Shown here: positions 46,741-55,108 of the stretch, in pieces | How positions within the stretch are numbered: the first letter of the stretch is position 1 | Layout of the letters: every line of letters starts with the position of its first letter | Program-made: the position numbers and the translations under genes | The notes under the pieces: model-generated | What the model was told of the DNA's origin: nothing | Seen by the model: the letters and a program-made list of their open reading frames with translations, nothing else | Database searches by the model: none | Assembly (NCBI GenBank): GCA_965248705.1 | Contig: CBDFJY010000002.1 | Location: 1,322,980 to 1,386,979 of the forward strand | Length of the DNA stretch: 64,000 bases | Source of the DNA: Acidimicrobiia bacterium | Lineage (GTDB): Bacteria > Actinomycetota > Acidimicrobiia > Spongiisociales > ZC4RG35 | Direction of reading: 5' to 3'

Positions 46741-47120
46741 CTCCGCTTGCGGGCGGTGGTGGCGATCCACAGACCGGCGAGCACACTACCGCCGGCGTAG
46801 AGCACCGCGGTGGCCAGGCCCTGGTCGTTGAAAATGGTTATTGCTTCCAAAGCGAAGGTGGAGAAGGTCGTGAGGGCGCCGGCGAAGCCGACGCCCAGCA
46901 GCGGCCAAGCCACACCTCGACCGACCCGCCGCGCCGTGAGCCCGGCCAAGACCCCGAGGATCGCCGATCCCACGAGGTTGGCGATCAAAGTCGCGGTGAC
47001 GACCTCGCCCACCGGCGCCAGCCACTCGCCGAGTCCGTAGCGAGCCAGTGCACCCAACGACCCGCCACCGAAGACAGCGGCGGCCGTGGCGCCGCGGCCG
47101 ATCAGGGCAGGAGTGGTCAC
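46728..47120 (-). CDS. crcB: fluoride ion channel CrcB/Fluc (first of a tandem pair)
   Basis: ..GALTTFSTFALE.. signature. GTG start. Confidence 0.75.
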   Translation of the reverse strand: MTTPALIGRGATAAAVFGGGSLGALARYGLGEWLAPVGEVVTATLIANLVGSAILGVLAGLTARRVGRGVAWPLLGVGFAGALTTFSTFALEAITIFNDQGLATAVLYAGGSVLAGLWIATTARKRSIAW

Positions 47121-47215
47121 CGCAGCTGAGCGTATCAGGTGATCTCCGCTTAGGGCGCAAACCCCGGGTTCAGAGGACTAACTGTCGGTGTAGCGGTGTT
47201 TTCCTCCGTATCCTT

Positions 47216-48883
47216 ATGGACATGGCGTTGCGGATTGCGGGTGCCCAACTCAACCTGGTCGTCGGGGATTTGGACGGAAACTGTCGACGGCTCCTGGATG
47301 CCATGGATTGGGCGGAGGAGGAAAACGCCGACCTTCTGGTGTTCCCCGAACTGGCTATCAGTGGATATCCGCCCGAGGACCTGGCATTGCGCGGTGGTTT
47401 CCTGGAAGCCAACCGGGCGGTGCTGTCCCAACTTGCCGACCGGTCCCGCCGCACGGTTACCGTGGTGGGCTTCTTGGATTCCTCCCGCCCCGTGGCAGGC
47501 GGGTCGATGGCGGGCGACACCTTCTCTGGTCGGGTGTCCAACGCGGCGGCGATTCTGGGAGGAGGCCGTGTTCAGGGGATCTATCGCAAGACGATTCTGC
47601 CCAACTACGGAGTTTTCGACGAGCGGCGCTGGTTTTATCCCGGCCGTGATCCGGTCCGCACCTGGCTGGTCGGCGAGGTAACGGTGGGGGTCTCTATCTG
47701 TGAGGACTTGTGGATGGAAGACGGTCCCTGGCGGCGGCAGGCCGCGGCCGGCGCCAGGGTGATCGTCAACCTCAACGCATCTCCCTATCACATGGGAAAG
47801 GCCGCTGAGCGAGAAGTGTTGGTGTCCCGGCGAGCCCGGGCGGCGGGTGTGCCGGTGGTTTATTTGAACCTGGTGGGAGGCCAGGACGAGCTGGTTTTCG
47901 ACGGCGCCTCGCTGGTTGCCGGCGCCAACGGCGCCATCCTCCATCGGTCTGCCCAGTTCGAAGAGGACCGGTTCGTTCTCGACGTCCCCCTGGCCGGCGA
48001 GCCTGTCGCACCTTGTCGGCCGGAGCGGAACTGGATGGAACCCGAAGAGGAGATCTGGGCCGCTTTGATCCTGGCCACCGGTGACTACGTGCGCAAAAAC
48101 GGTTTCGACTCAGCAGTGGTGGGTCTTTCGGGGGGTATCGACTCGGCGGTCACCGCCTGCCTGGCAGCCGATGCCCTGGGCGCCGACCGGGTTTGGGGGG
48201 TCTCCATGCCGTCGGTCTACAGCTCCGAGCACTCCAAGACCGACGCCAAGCGGCTGGCGTCCAATCTGGGCATCCGCTTCGACATGGTTCCGATCGAACG
48301 CGCCCACACTGCGTTTTTGGACACCTTGTCGCCGGTGATGGGCAAAGACGGATGGGGAGTGGCCGGTGAGAACTTGCAAGCCCGCGCCCGGGGGTCGATT
48401 CTCATGGCCCTCTCCAACCGCCACGGTGGATTGGTGCTTGCCACCGGCAATAAATCGGAGTTGTCGGTGGGCTATGCCACCCTCTATGGCGACATGGTGG
48501 GGGGATTCGCTCCCCTCAAAGACATCTACAAGACCTGGGTGTACCGCTTGGCCCAGTGGAGAAACCGCCAACGCCTCGACATCCCCGAGGACATCCTCAT
48601 CAAGCCGCCCTCCGCCGAACTGCGCCCCGATCAGCTTGATACCGACTCACTGCCTCCCTATGATGTTTTGGATGCCATTCTTACCATGTACATCGATTCT
48701 GAACGTTCCATAGAAGAGATAACCGCGGCTGGGTTCGACCCAGCGTTGGTGCACCGGGTGGTGGGCCTGGTGGAGCGATCCGAGTACAAGAGACACCAAT
48801 CGGCGCCGGGTCCCAAGATCACCACCAAATCCCTGGGGCGGGAGAGGCGACGTCCCATCACCAGCAGATGGAACCTCCGATGA
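47216..48883 (+). CDS. nadE: glutamine-dependent NAD+ synthetase (N-terminal CN-hydrolase domain plus NadE)
   Basis: Start trimmed to MDMALRIAGAQLNLVVGDLDGN.. The C-N hydrolase region contains ..VFPELAISGYPPEDL... The synthetase domain contains ..VVGLSGGIDSAV.. (PP-loop SGGxDS). Confidence 0.85.
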   Translation: MDMALRIAGAQLNLVVGDLDGNCRRLLDAMDWAEEENADLLVFPELAISGYPPEDLALRGGFLEANRAVLSQLADRSRRTVTVVGFLDSSRPVAGGSMAGDTFSGRVSNAAAILGGGRVQGIYRKTILPNYGVFDERRWFYPGRDPVRTWLVGEVTVGVSICEDLWMEDGPWRRQAAAGARVIVNLNASPYHMGKAAEREVLVSRRARAAGVPVVYLNLVGGQDELVFDGASLVAGANGAILHRSAQFEEDRFVLDVPLAGEPVAPCRPERNWMEPEEEIWAALILATGDYVRKNGFDSAVVGLSGGIDSAVTACLAADALGADRVWGVSMPSVYSSEHSKTDAKRLASNLGIRFDMVPIERAHTAFLDTLSPVMGKDGWGVAGENLQARARGSILMALSNRHGGLVLATGNKSELSVGYATLYGDMVGGFAPLKDIYKTWVYRLAQWRNRQRLDIPEDILIKPPSAELRPDQLDTDSLPPYDVLDAILTMYIDSERSIEEITAAGFDPALVHRVVGLVERSEYKRHQSAPGPKITTKSLGRERRRPITSRWNLR

Positions 48884-49698
48884 GCGGGCATCCTATCCTG
48901 GTCGACGGGAAGCCCTCGGGGCCGATGATTTTCTCCATAAACAGTCCCACCATCACCCGGGGCGACGGCTGCTTCGAGGTGATGCGCGTCTACGAGGGAC
49001 ATCCTTTCGAATGTGACTCCCACCTCGACCGTCTGGACCGTTCCGCCGAGATGCTCGATCTCCGGGTTCCCGACCGCGCCGATCTGGACTCCTGGGTGGA
49101 GCAGGTGGCGGCCTGTGGCACAGAAGGGCTGATCAGGGTGGTGCTCGGCCGGGGGAACCAGCCCGGCGAAGAACAATGCGTGGTGACCTGGCATGACCTT
49201 CCCTCCCGGCCCGACCAGATCCGCCTGCTGCCGGTCAGCGCTCCCTGGCATTCGGCCGGTCGACCCTGGGATCTGGCCGGCGGCAAGACGCTCTCCTATG
49301 CGCCCAACATGGCGGCCGCCCGCCGCGCCGTGAAGGAGGGGTATGATGATGCCCTGCTGATCTCCGACGACCAGACGGTTCTGGAGGGCCCGGTCTTTTC
49401 GGTGGCCTGGGTTTACCGGGGAGTGTGGGAAACCCCTTCCTTGGATCTGCTGATCCTCGACTCCATAACCCGTCGGGTAGTGCTGGAGCTTGTGTCGGAG
49501 TCGGGTGTGCCTTTTCGGGAGGGACGCTTCGGCCTCGATCGGGTTCTGGATGCAGACGAGGTGATGGTGATCGGAACCACCCGGGAAGTGACGCCCGTGG
49601 TTGCTGTGGGGGAGCAGGAGTTTTCCCACGGGCCGGTCTCCAAACTGCTGAGAGAGGCTTTTTTCAGACGCGTCCGACAGGCCATTGACCAAGCCTGA
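48880..49698 (+). CDS. class IV aminotransferase (branched-chain amino acid aminotransferase / aminodeoxychorismate lyase-like)
   Basis: Its ATG overlaps the nadE TGA (ATGA). ..FEVMRVYEGHPFE.. and a ..E.G..S.. fold-type IV pattern. The subfamily is not resolved. Confidence 0.65.
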   Translation: MSGHPILVDGKPSGPMIFSINSPTITRGDGCFEVMRVYEGHPFECDSHLDRLDRSAEMLDLRVPDRADLDSWVEQVAACGTEGLIRVVLGRGNQPGEEQCVVTWHDLPSRPDQIRLLPVSAPWHSAGRPWDLAGGKTLSYAPNMAAARRAVKEGYDDALLISDDQTVLEGPVFSVAWVYRGVWETPSLDLLILDSITRRVVLELVSESGVPFREGRFGLDRVLDADEVMVIGTTREVTPVVAVGEQEFSHGPVSKLLREAFFRRVRQAIDQA

Positions 49699-49746
49699 GG
49701 GTAGTTCACCCCGATGGGCAAACGGAGCAGGCGTGGGCTTTTTGGC

Positions 49747-50304
49747 ATGACAGAGTCGAGAAGGATGCTCGGTGCCTACGCCGTGGCGGGGTTGGCGGTC
49801 CTGGCGATGGCCGCAGCTTGCGGAAGTGACGACGGCCCGGCCTTGGTCACCACCTCCTCTCGGGTGGTCACTACCGCCGCGCCCACTACCACCGCGCCCA
49901 CCACCACCGCGCCCATCACGACCGCCGCGGCGCCCACCACGACCCCCGCGCCCACCACCATCGCAGAGGAGCAGGACACCAATCAGATTTATTATCGGGT
50001 GGCACGCCAGGAGTCAACCCGCGATGGCAGCGTTTTGTATGTGGAGATCCCTCCGGGCGACTACACCGACATTGATCTGGAGAACCTGGTGCTCTCCGTA
50101 TACGAAGAGCGGGGTGATCTCTATGAGCTGCATGTGGTGGACGATCGGGAGGCGGTTGCGGCGTTGCTCAAAGCAGAGGGGGAGCGGACTCCCGAAGAGG
50201 CCGACTCGCTGGAACGCCACTATCTGGTCAGCTTTCTGGAGGGATCAATCTTGCGTTTCCAGGGACCCTTTGCCGAGTTGGAGGGATTCATCGTCGGCTC
50301 GTAG
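49747..50304 (+). CDS. secreted lipoprotein with Thr/Pro-rich linker
   Basis: MTESRRMLGAYAVAGLAVLAMAAACGS (lipobox), then (TTAPTTT)n low complexity. Confidence 0.5.
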   Translation: MTESRRMLGAYAVAGLAVLAMAAACGSDDGPALVTTSSRVVTTAAPTTTAPTTTAPITTAAAPTTTPAPTTIAEEQDTNQIYYRVARQESTRDGSVLYVEIPPGDYTDIDLENLVLSVYEERGDLYELHVVDDREAVAALLKAEGERTPEEADSLERHYLVSFLEGSILRFQGPFAELEGFIVGS

Positions 50305-50632
50305 ATGTTCGACGCCGGGTGTCCGCCCCGGCGGTCTGCGTTTGTCAATTCTTGGGTTTACCCTCCCGACCCGCCGCCGCCGGTCCGGTTGAAACCTTTA
50401 GGGTGGGCGCGTAGGGCCTGCCCGAACCTGGGATTGGTCGTCGGCTAAGCGCTCGGTCCCCGGGGATGCGTTGTCGAAGGCCGCTTTTCGGGGAGCGAGA
50501 CTTTTGATGATCGAGCCGGTCCGGACCTTGCTCTGATGTTTGTTCTTATCACTATGTAGAACCGCGGTGACGAAAATTCAAGGCTCCAAGCCGATTTGTT
50601 GGGGGACTTTTCCGCGACTCCTCGCTTGCTGT

Positions 50633-52036
50633 TCAGAGCAGTGCGGCGGCCACCATCAGGAATCCTCCGAATCCCACCACGTCGGTGATCAGGGTCAGGA
50701 AGATGCTGGAGGCCAGCGCCGGGTCGAATCCCATCCGACGCAGCGCCATGGGGATGCCGGCGCCGGCCAGGGTGGCGATGGTCAGGTTGGCCAACGCCGC
50801 CACGCCCACCACCACCGCCACCTGCACTGCGCCGAAGTTGGAGGAAAACAGTTTCAGCGACAAGAGAGCGATGGTCAGGCCCATGGCCGCCAGAGCCAAA
50901 AAGGCGCCGTTGATTAGCCCGATGCCTATTTGACGTTTCATCACCTCCCGGATCCGCGCTCGGGGAAGATCGCCGGAGGCCATGGAGCGGATCACCACCG
51001 CCAGGCTCTGGATGCCCCCGTTTCCGCCTAGGAGCGCCACCACCGGCATGAGCGCGGCCAACACCGGCTCAGCGGAGATGATCCCGGTCTGCAGTTCGAT
51101 GACAAACGCCACGATCAGAGCCAGACACAAGTTGAGCGTAAGCCAGGGAAGCCGCATCCTCACCGAGGACCGCACCGGCGTGTAGATGGTCTCCTCAGCG
51201 CCCGCACCCACCGAGGCGGCGAAGTCTTCGGAGGCCTCGGCCTGCACGGCGTCGATCACCTCGTCGTATGTCACCATCCCCTGCAGGTGTCCCAGGTCGT
51301 CCACCACCGGCAACCCCAGCAGCCGGTAGCGCTGCATCAGCTCGGAGACTTCTTCCCGGTCGGCGGTGGTGTGCACCACTATCGGGTTGGCCTCCATGGC
51401 CTCGTCGAGACCCACCGACGGTCTTGCAAACACCAGGTCTCGAAAAGAGAGCACCCCCCGCAGCACTCCGAAGTCGTCGACGATGTACACATAGGTAAGG
51501 TCGTTCACTGTTTCGCGGATGTTTCGGATCCGCTCTATGGCCTCTCCGGCGGTGAGGCCGATGGGCAGCACCGCCACTTCGGTGGTCATGAGACCCCCGG
51601 CGGTGTCGGACGGGTAGTGAAACAGCCGGCTGACTTCCGAGCTGGCCGGCTCCGCCATCAGTTCGATCAAGGCGCTCACCGTCTCGGTGGGCATATTCTC
51701 CAGAATGTCCACCGCTTCGGTGGAGGGCATTTCCTCCAGCACCGAGGCCGCCTCCAAGAGGGGCAGCTCTTGCAGAAGAGTGGCGGCCAGTTCGTCGCGC
51801 AGCTCCTCGAGAATGAAGGCGCTTTGCTTCTGGGCGAGCGGACTAAGGAGCTCCCCGGCGATCTCGGGGGAAACCGATTCCAGGATGTCCGCCGCATCGT
51901 GGGGAGACGCCTCCGCCAAAGCCATCCACATTTCGGTGTTGGCGCCCAGGTACTCCTCGACGTCGGTGGGTCGGAGATGGGCGATCCTGCGCAGACGCTG
52001 GGCAAGCTCCCGGGGACGATGCAGTCGCAATTTCAT
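50633..52036 (-). CDS. mgtE: magnesium transporter MgtE
   Basis: N-terminal MgtE-N helical domain, tandem CBS domains, and a C-terminal 5-TM MgtE channel domain. Confidence 0.85.
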   Translation of the reverse strand: MKLRLHRPRELAQRLRRIAHLRPTDVEEYLGANTEMWMALAEASPHDAADILESVSPEIAGELLSPLAQKQSAFILEELRDELAATLLQELPLLEAASVLEEMPSTEAVDILENMPTETVSALIELMAEPASSEVSRLFHYPSDTAGGLMTTEVAVLPIGLTAGEAIERIRNIRETVNDLTYVYIVDDFGVLRGVLSFRDLVFARPSVGLDEAMEANPIVVHTTADREEVSELMQRYRLLGLPVVDDLGHLQGMVTYDEVIDAVQAEASEDFAASVGAGAEETIYTPVRSSVRMRLPWLTLNLCLALIVAFVIELQTGIISAEPVLAALMPVVALLGGNGGIQSLAVVIRSMASGDLPRARIREVMKRQIGIGLINGAFLALAAMGLTIALLSLKLFSSNFGAVQVAVVVGVAALANLTIATLAGAGIPMALRRMGFDPALASSIFLTLITDVVGFGGFLMVAAALL

Positions 52037-52109
52037 CCCTCAAGAGACTACGGCTTCTTCGGGCGACAGCCACCGATTGAGGGGTCCAGGCCTAGCGGTA
52101 GGGGAGGGG

Positions 52110-52586
52110 TTAGCTGGAGTAGGGACGGACCGAGGTTACTTTTACCTCGAAAGTGCCGCCGGGAGCGACATAGGTGACCAGATCTCCGGGCGTTTTGGTC
52201 AACACGGCTTTTCCCAGGGGGCTGGTGGGCGAGACCACCAACCGGGCCGATCCCTTGTTCTCCGCCGGCGCCAACAAGAACTCCATCTCGTCCCCGTCGC
52301 TGTCCACCACGGTCACCATGGTGCCGATCTCCACCCGTCCGGTGTCGTCAACCTCCATCACCGTGACGTCTCTCAACACCGACTCAAGATGTGCGATCCG
52401 CGCTTCCATCAGACCCTGTTGCTCCTTGGCGGCGTGATAGTCGGCGTTCTCTCGGATGTCGCCGTGTGAACGAGCCTCGGCGATGCGATCGGAGATCTCG
52501 ATCCGCTTGGGTCCTTTCAACTCGTCCAGTTCGGCCACCAGCCGCCGGTGCGCCTCGGGAGTGAGAAAGGTGCTAGGGGTTTGCAT
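52110..52586 (-). CDS. greA: transcription elongation factor GreA
   Basis: N-terminal coiled coil ..AEARSHGDIRENADYHAAKEQQ.. and a C-terminal FKBP-like domain. Confidence 0.85.
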   Translation of the reverse strand: MQTPSTFLTPEAHRRLVAELDELKGPKRIEISDRIAEARSHGDIRENADYHAAKEQQGLMEARIAHLESVLRDVTVMEVDDTGRVEIGTMVTVVDSDGDEMEFLLAPAENKGSARLVVSPTSPLGKAVLTKTPGDLVTYVAPGGTFEVKVTSVRPYSS

Positions 52587-52654
52587 CGTACCCAGAAAGG
52601 ATATCGCCCACCGGTTGGGGGATAACCCGGTCCGGCTTTGGTAGCTTTGTGGCG

Positions 52655-53680
52655 ATGAGCACCAAGCTGACCCGGTTCAGTCACGGCGCCGGCTGAGGCT
52701 GCAAGCTCGGATCAGCCGAGCTGGCGCAGGTTCTGCGCCCCTTGCAGGGTCATCCCGCCTATTCCTCCCCCCATCTGCTAGTGGGGGTGGATACCCGTGA
52801 CGATGCAGGCGTATATCGCCTGTCGGATGGACGCGTCCTCATCCAGACGGTCGATTTTTTCACTCCGGTGGTGGATAGCCCCGAGGATTGGGGGCGGATT
52901 GCCGCCGCCAACGCTTTGTCCGATATCTACGCCATGGGCGGGACGCCGCTCACTGCTCTCCAGTTGGTGTGCTGGCCAGCACAATCCCTATCACTGGAGA
53001 TCCTGACAACGGTTGTCCGGGGAGGAGCGGAGGTGATGGCTCGAGCGGGATGCACGGTGGTGGGCGGCCACTCCGTTGACGATCCTGAGCCAAAATACGG
53101 GTTCGCGGTGACCGGGATCGCTACGGAGGTGACCACCAACTCCGGCGCCCGACCGGGCGATCGGCTAGTGCTAACCAAGCCGCTCGGAACCGGGATCATC
53201 ACCACCGCCCACAAAGCGGGTGATTGCCCCCCGTCCTCCCTGGATGCGGCGGTGGAGGCAATGATCTCCCTCAACGACCGAGCTTCTCGGGCGATGATCT
53301 CGGTCGGAGTTTCCGCCGCCACCGATGTCACCGGCTACGGATTGGCGGGCCACCTCCTTTCCATGCTGGACGCCTCGGAGGCGGCGGCCCGGATAGAGAC
53401 CGCCCGGCTGCCGCTCCTGGCGGGGGCCGAACAAATCCTGGCCGCCGGATTCTATCCGGGGGGAAGCCTTCGCAATCTGGAGGCGGCCGGCGACCGGCTC
53501 CGGGGCGGAAACGAGATGTCCCGACGTCTGGTGTGCGACGCGCAGACCAGCGGGGGACTGCTGATGTCGGTTCACCCATCCAAGCTGGCCGAACTCAAGG
53601 GCAGGCTCAAAGAAGAAGGCGTGCGCGGGACGGTGATTGGAGCGGTGGTGGAGGGTAAACCTTCGGTGGAGCTGTTCTAG
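52655..53680 (+). CDS. selD: selenide, water dikinase SelD, selenocysteine-containing (in-frame TGA at 52694..52696)
   Basis: Manual translation from the ATG at 52655 gives MSTKLTRFSHGAG-U-GCKLGSAELAQVL..LLVGVDTRDDAGVY..VDFFTPVVD..GRIAAANALSDIYAMGG. This aligns position-for-position with the E. coli SelD N-terminus (..YSHGAGCGCKISPKVL..LLVGNETRDDAAVY..), with the TGA at the Cys17 position. The ORF track's 52742 start would delete the catalytic loop. Confidence 0.85.
52705..52721 (+). promoter_or_regulatory. SECIS-like hairpin 11 nt downstream of the selD UGA
   Basis: Perfect stem gctcgg / ccgagc with loop atcag, extendable to agctcgg/ccgagct. This is the expected position for a bacterial SECIS. 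Confidence 0.55.
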
Positions 53681-54852
53681 CCCAGAATCGCCTGAAGACC
53701 GGGTTCAAACTTTTCGGGCTCCAACAGAAAGGCGTCGTGTCCCTTGTCGGAGTGGACGGTGTGCCAGAGAACCGGCACTCCCGCCTCGTTGAGCGTCTTG
53801 ACCATGGTCTCCTGCTCCTCGGGGTAGAAGCAGACGTCGGAGTCGATGGTGAAGATCAGCCACTGTTGGTGGCGACAGCGGCTCAGCAGCTCCTCGACGC
53901 TATCTCCACCCACCTCTTTGAGCAGATTGAACTTCTGCCAGATCCGCACCACCCGCAGATAGGTGTTGGCGTCGAATCGTTCCACGAACTTTTGCCCCTG
54001 ATGCAGCATGTAGGACTCCATGGGATGCTGCACCCGGTATCCGCCCAGGTCTTCCTGCTCGATAATCTCGTGGCGGATCCGCTCCCGGAAAGCCGACAGG
54101 GAGACGAAGGTCTTGTGGCTGATCATCCGGGCCAGGGCCAGTCCCAGGTCCGGCCGGGTCCCCCCGTAGAAGTCGCCGCCCGCGAAATGTGGATCGGTGA
54201 CGATGGCGAACATCTGCTCGAAGTTGTGAATCACTTGCAGGGTGGTTACCTCGAGGCCCGCGGCGATGGGGATCACCACCTTCACCTGGTCGGGATAGCG
54301 GGTACCTAACACCAACGCCATCAAACCGCCCACCGAGCCTCCCGTGCAGGCGTGGATCCGCTCCACGCCGAGATGATCCAAGAGTTTCATCTGAGAGTCG
54401 ACGATATCGGTGATGGTCAGGGCGGGGAAAGCCGAGCCGTAGGGGCGGCCGGTGGAAGGGTTGGTGGAGGACGGACCGGTGGAGCCATAGCAGCCACCCA
54501 GGTAGTTGACGCACAAAACCGCGTATTTGTCGGTGTCCAGAGCCCGTCCCGGTCCGATGAACCCGTCCCACCAGCCCACCTGCATCTCTTCGGTCCACTG
54601 GGCGCCCACCCCGGGCACCGAGGGATTGAATCCGGCCGCGTGCTGGCTTCCGGTGAGGGCGTGGAATACCAGAATGACGTTGTCCCGGGCCTCGTTGAGC
54701 TCCCCGTACAGCTCATAGGCCAGGGTTACTTCGGGAATGGTCTTGCCGCCCAAAGTGGTGTAAGGATCGTCCAGACGAAGAAACCGGGTCTCGGTGCGCG
54801 TCAGGTCTGGTGGGATGGGGGAACTGTTTGTCACCGACTCTCCTTTACTCAT
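53677..54852 (-). CDS. metX: homoserine O-acetyltransferase MetX
   Basis: ..IPEVTLAYELYGELN.. MetX N-terminus and an alpha/beta-hydrolase nucleophile elbow. Alternative GTG start at 54834 behind AAGGAGAG. The 3' end overlaps the selD 3' end by 4 nt (convergent). Confidence 0.85.
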   Translation of the reverse strand: MSKGESVTNSSPIPPDLTRTETRFLRLDDPYTTLGGKTIPEVTLAYELYGELNEARDNVILVFHALTGSQHAAGFNPSVPGVGAQWTEEMQVGWWDGFIGPGRALDTDKYAVLCVNYLGGCYGSTGPSSTNPSTGRPYGSAFPALTITDIVDSQMKLLDHLGVERIHACTGGSVGGLMALVLGTRYPDQVKVVIPIAAGLEVTTLQVIHNFEQMFAIVTDPHFAGGDFYGGTRPDLGLALARMISHKTFVSLSAFRERIRHEIIEQEDLGGYRVQHPMESYMLHQGQKFVERFDANTYLRVVRIWQKFNLLKEVGGDSVEELLSRCRHQQWLIFTIDSDVCFYPEEQETMVKTLNEAGVPVLWHTVHSDKGHDAFLLEPEKFEPGLQAILG

Positions 54853-54938
54853 CGGTCAGGCGTTGGCACCGTGTCGGCTGGCCGACCGGTTGCCGCGGTT
54901 TCACGGGGCCTGATCCCTCCACCGCTCTGGATGAGCGT
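54848..54938 (-). ncRNA. SAM-I (S-box) riboswitch candidate in the metX leader
   Basis: Minus-strand RNA: ACGCUCAUCCAGAGCGGUGGAGGGAUCAGGCCCCGUGAAACCGCGGCAACCGGUCGGCCAGCCGACACGGUGCCAACGCCUGACCGAUGAG. It matches the SAM-I consensus CUUAUCAAGAGNGGNGGAGGGANNGGCCCNAUGAANCCCGGCAACC..GGUGCNAANUCC..AGAUGAG. The P1 arms are CUCAUC/GAUGAG. The P4 hairpin is reduced to about 5 nt. Confidence 0.65.
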
Positions 54939-55108
54939 CTGGTGACGCTACCTGTCCCAGTTTGGCAGAAGTCTCCGCCAAAATCAACCCGGATGCCACA
55001 TCGGGTACTGGGAGACGGCTGGGGCCATTTGGTTCAGCCGGGCGCGGAGTTCACGAGGAGAACGAGAGTTGCCTCCCGCCCCGTGGAGGAGCGCCGCCCC
55101 TATCGGCG

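Noticed and set aside
52037-52109. M-box (Mg2+) riboswitch upstream of mgtE
   Set aside because: Only about 73 nt separate mgtE from greA. That is too short for the roughly 160-nt M-box, and no conserved M-box blocks were seen. mgtE is probably co-transcribed with greA.
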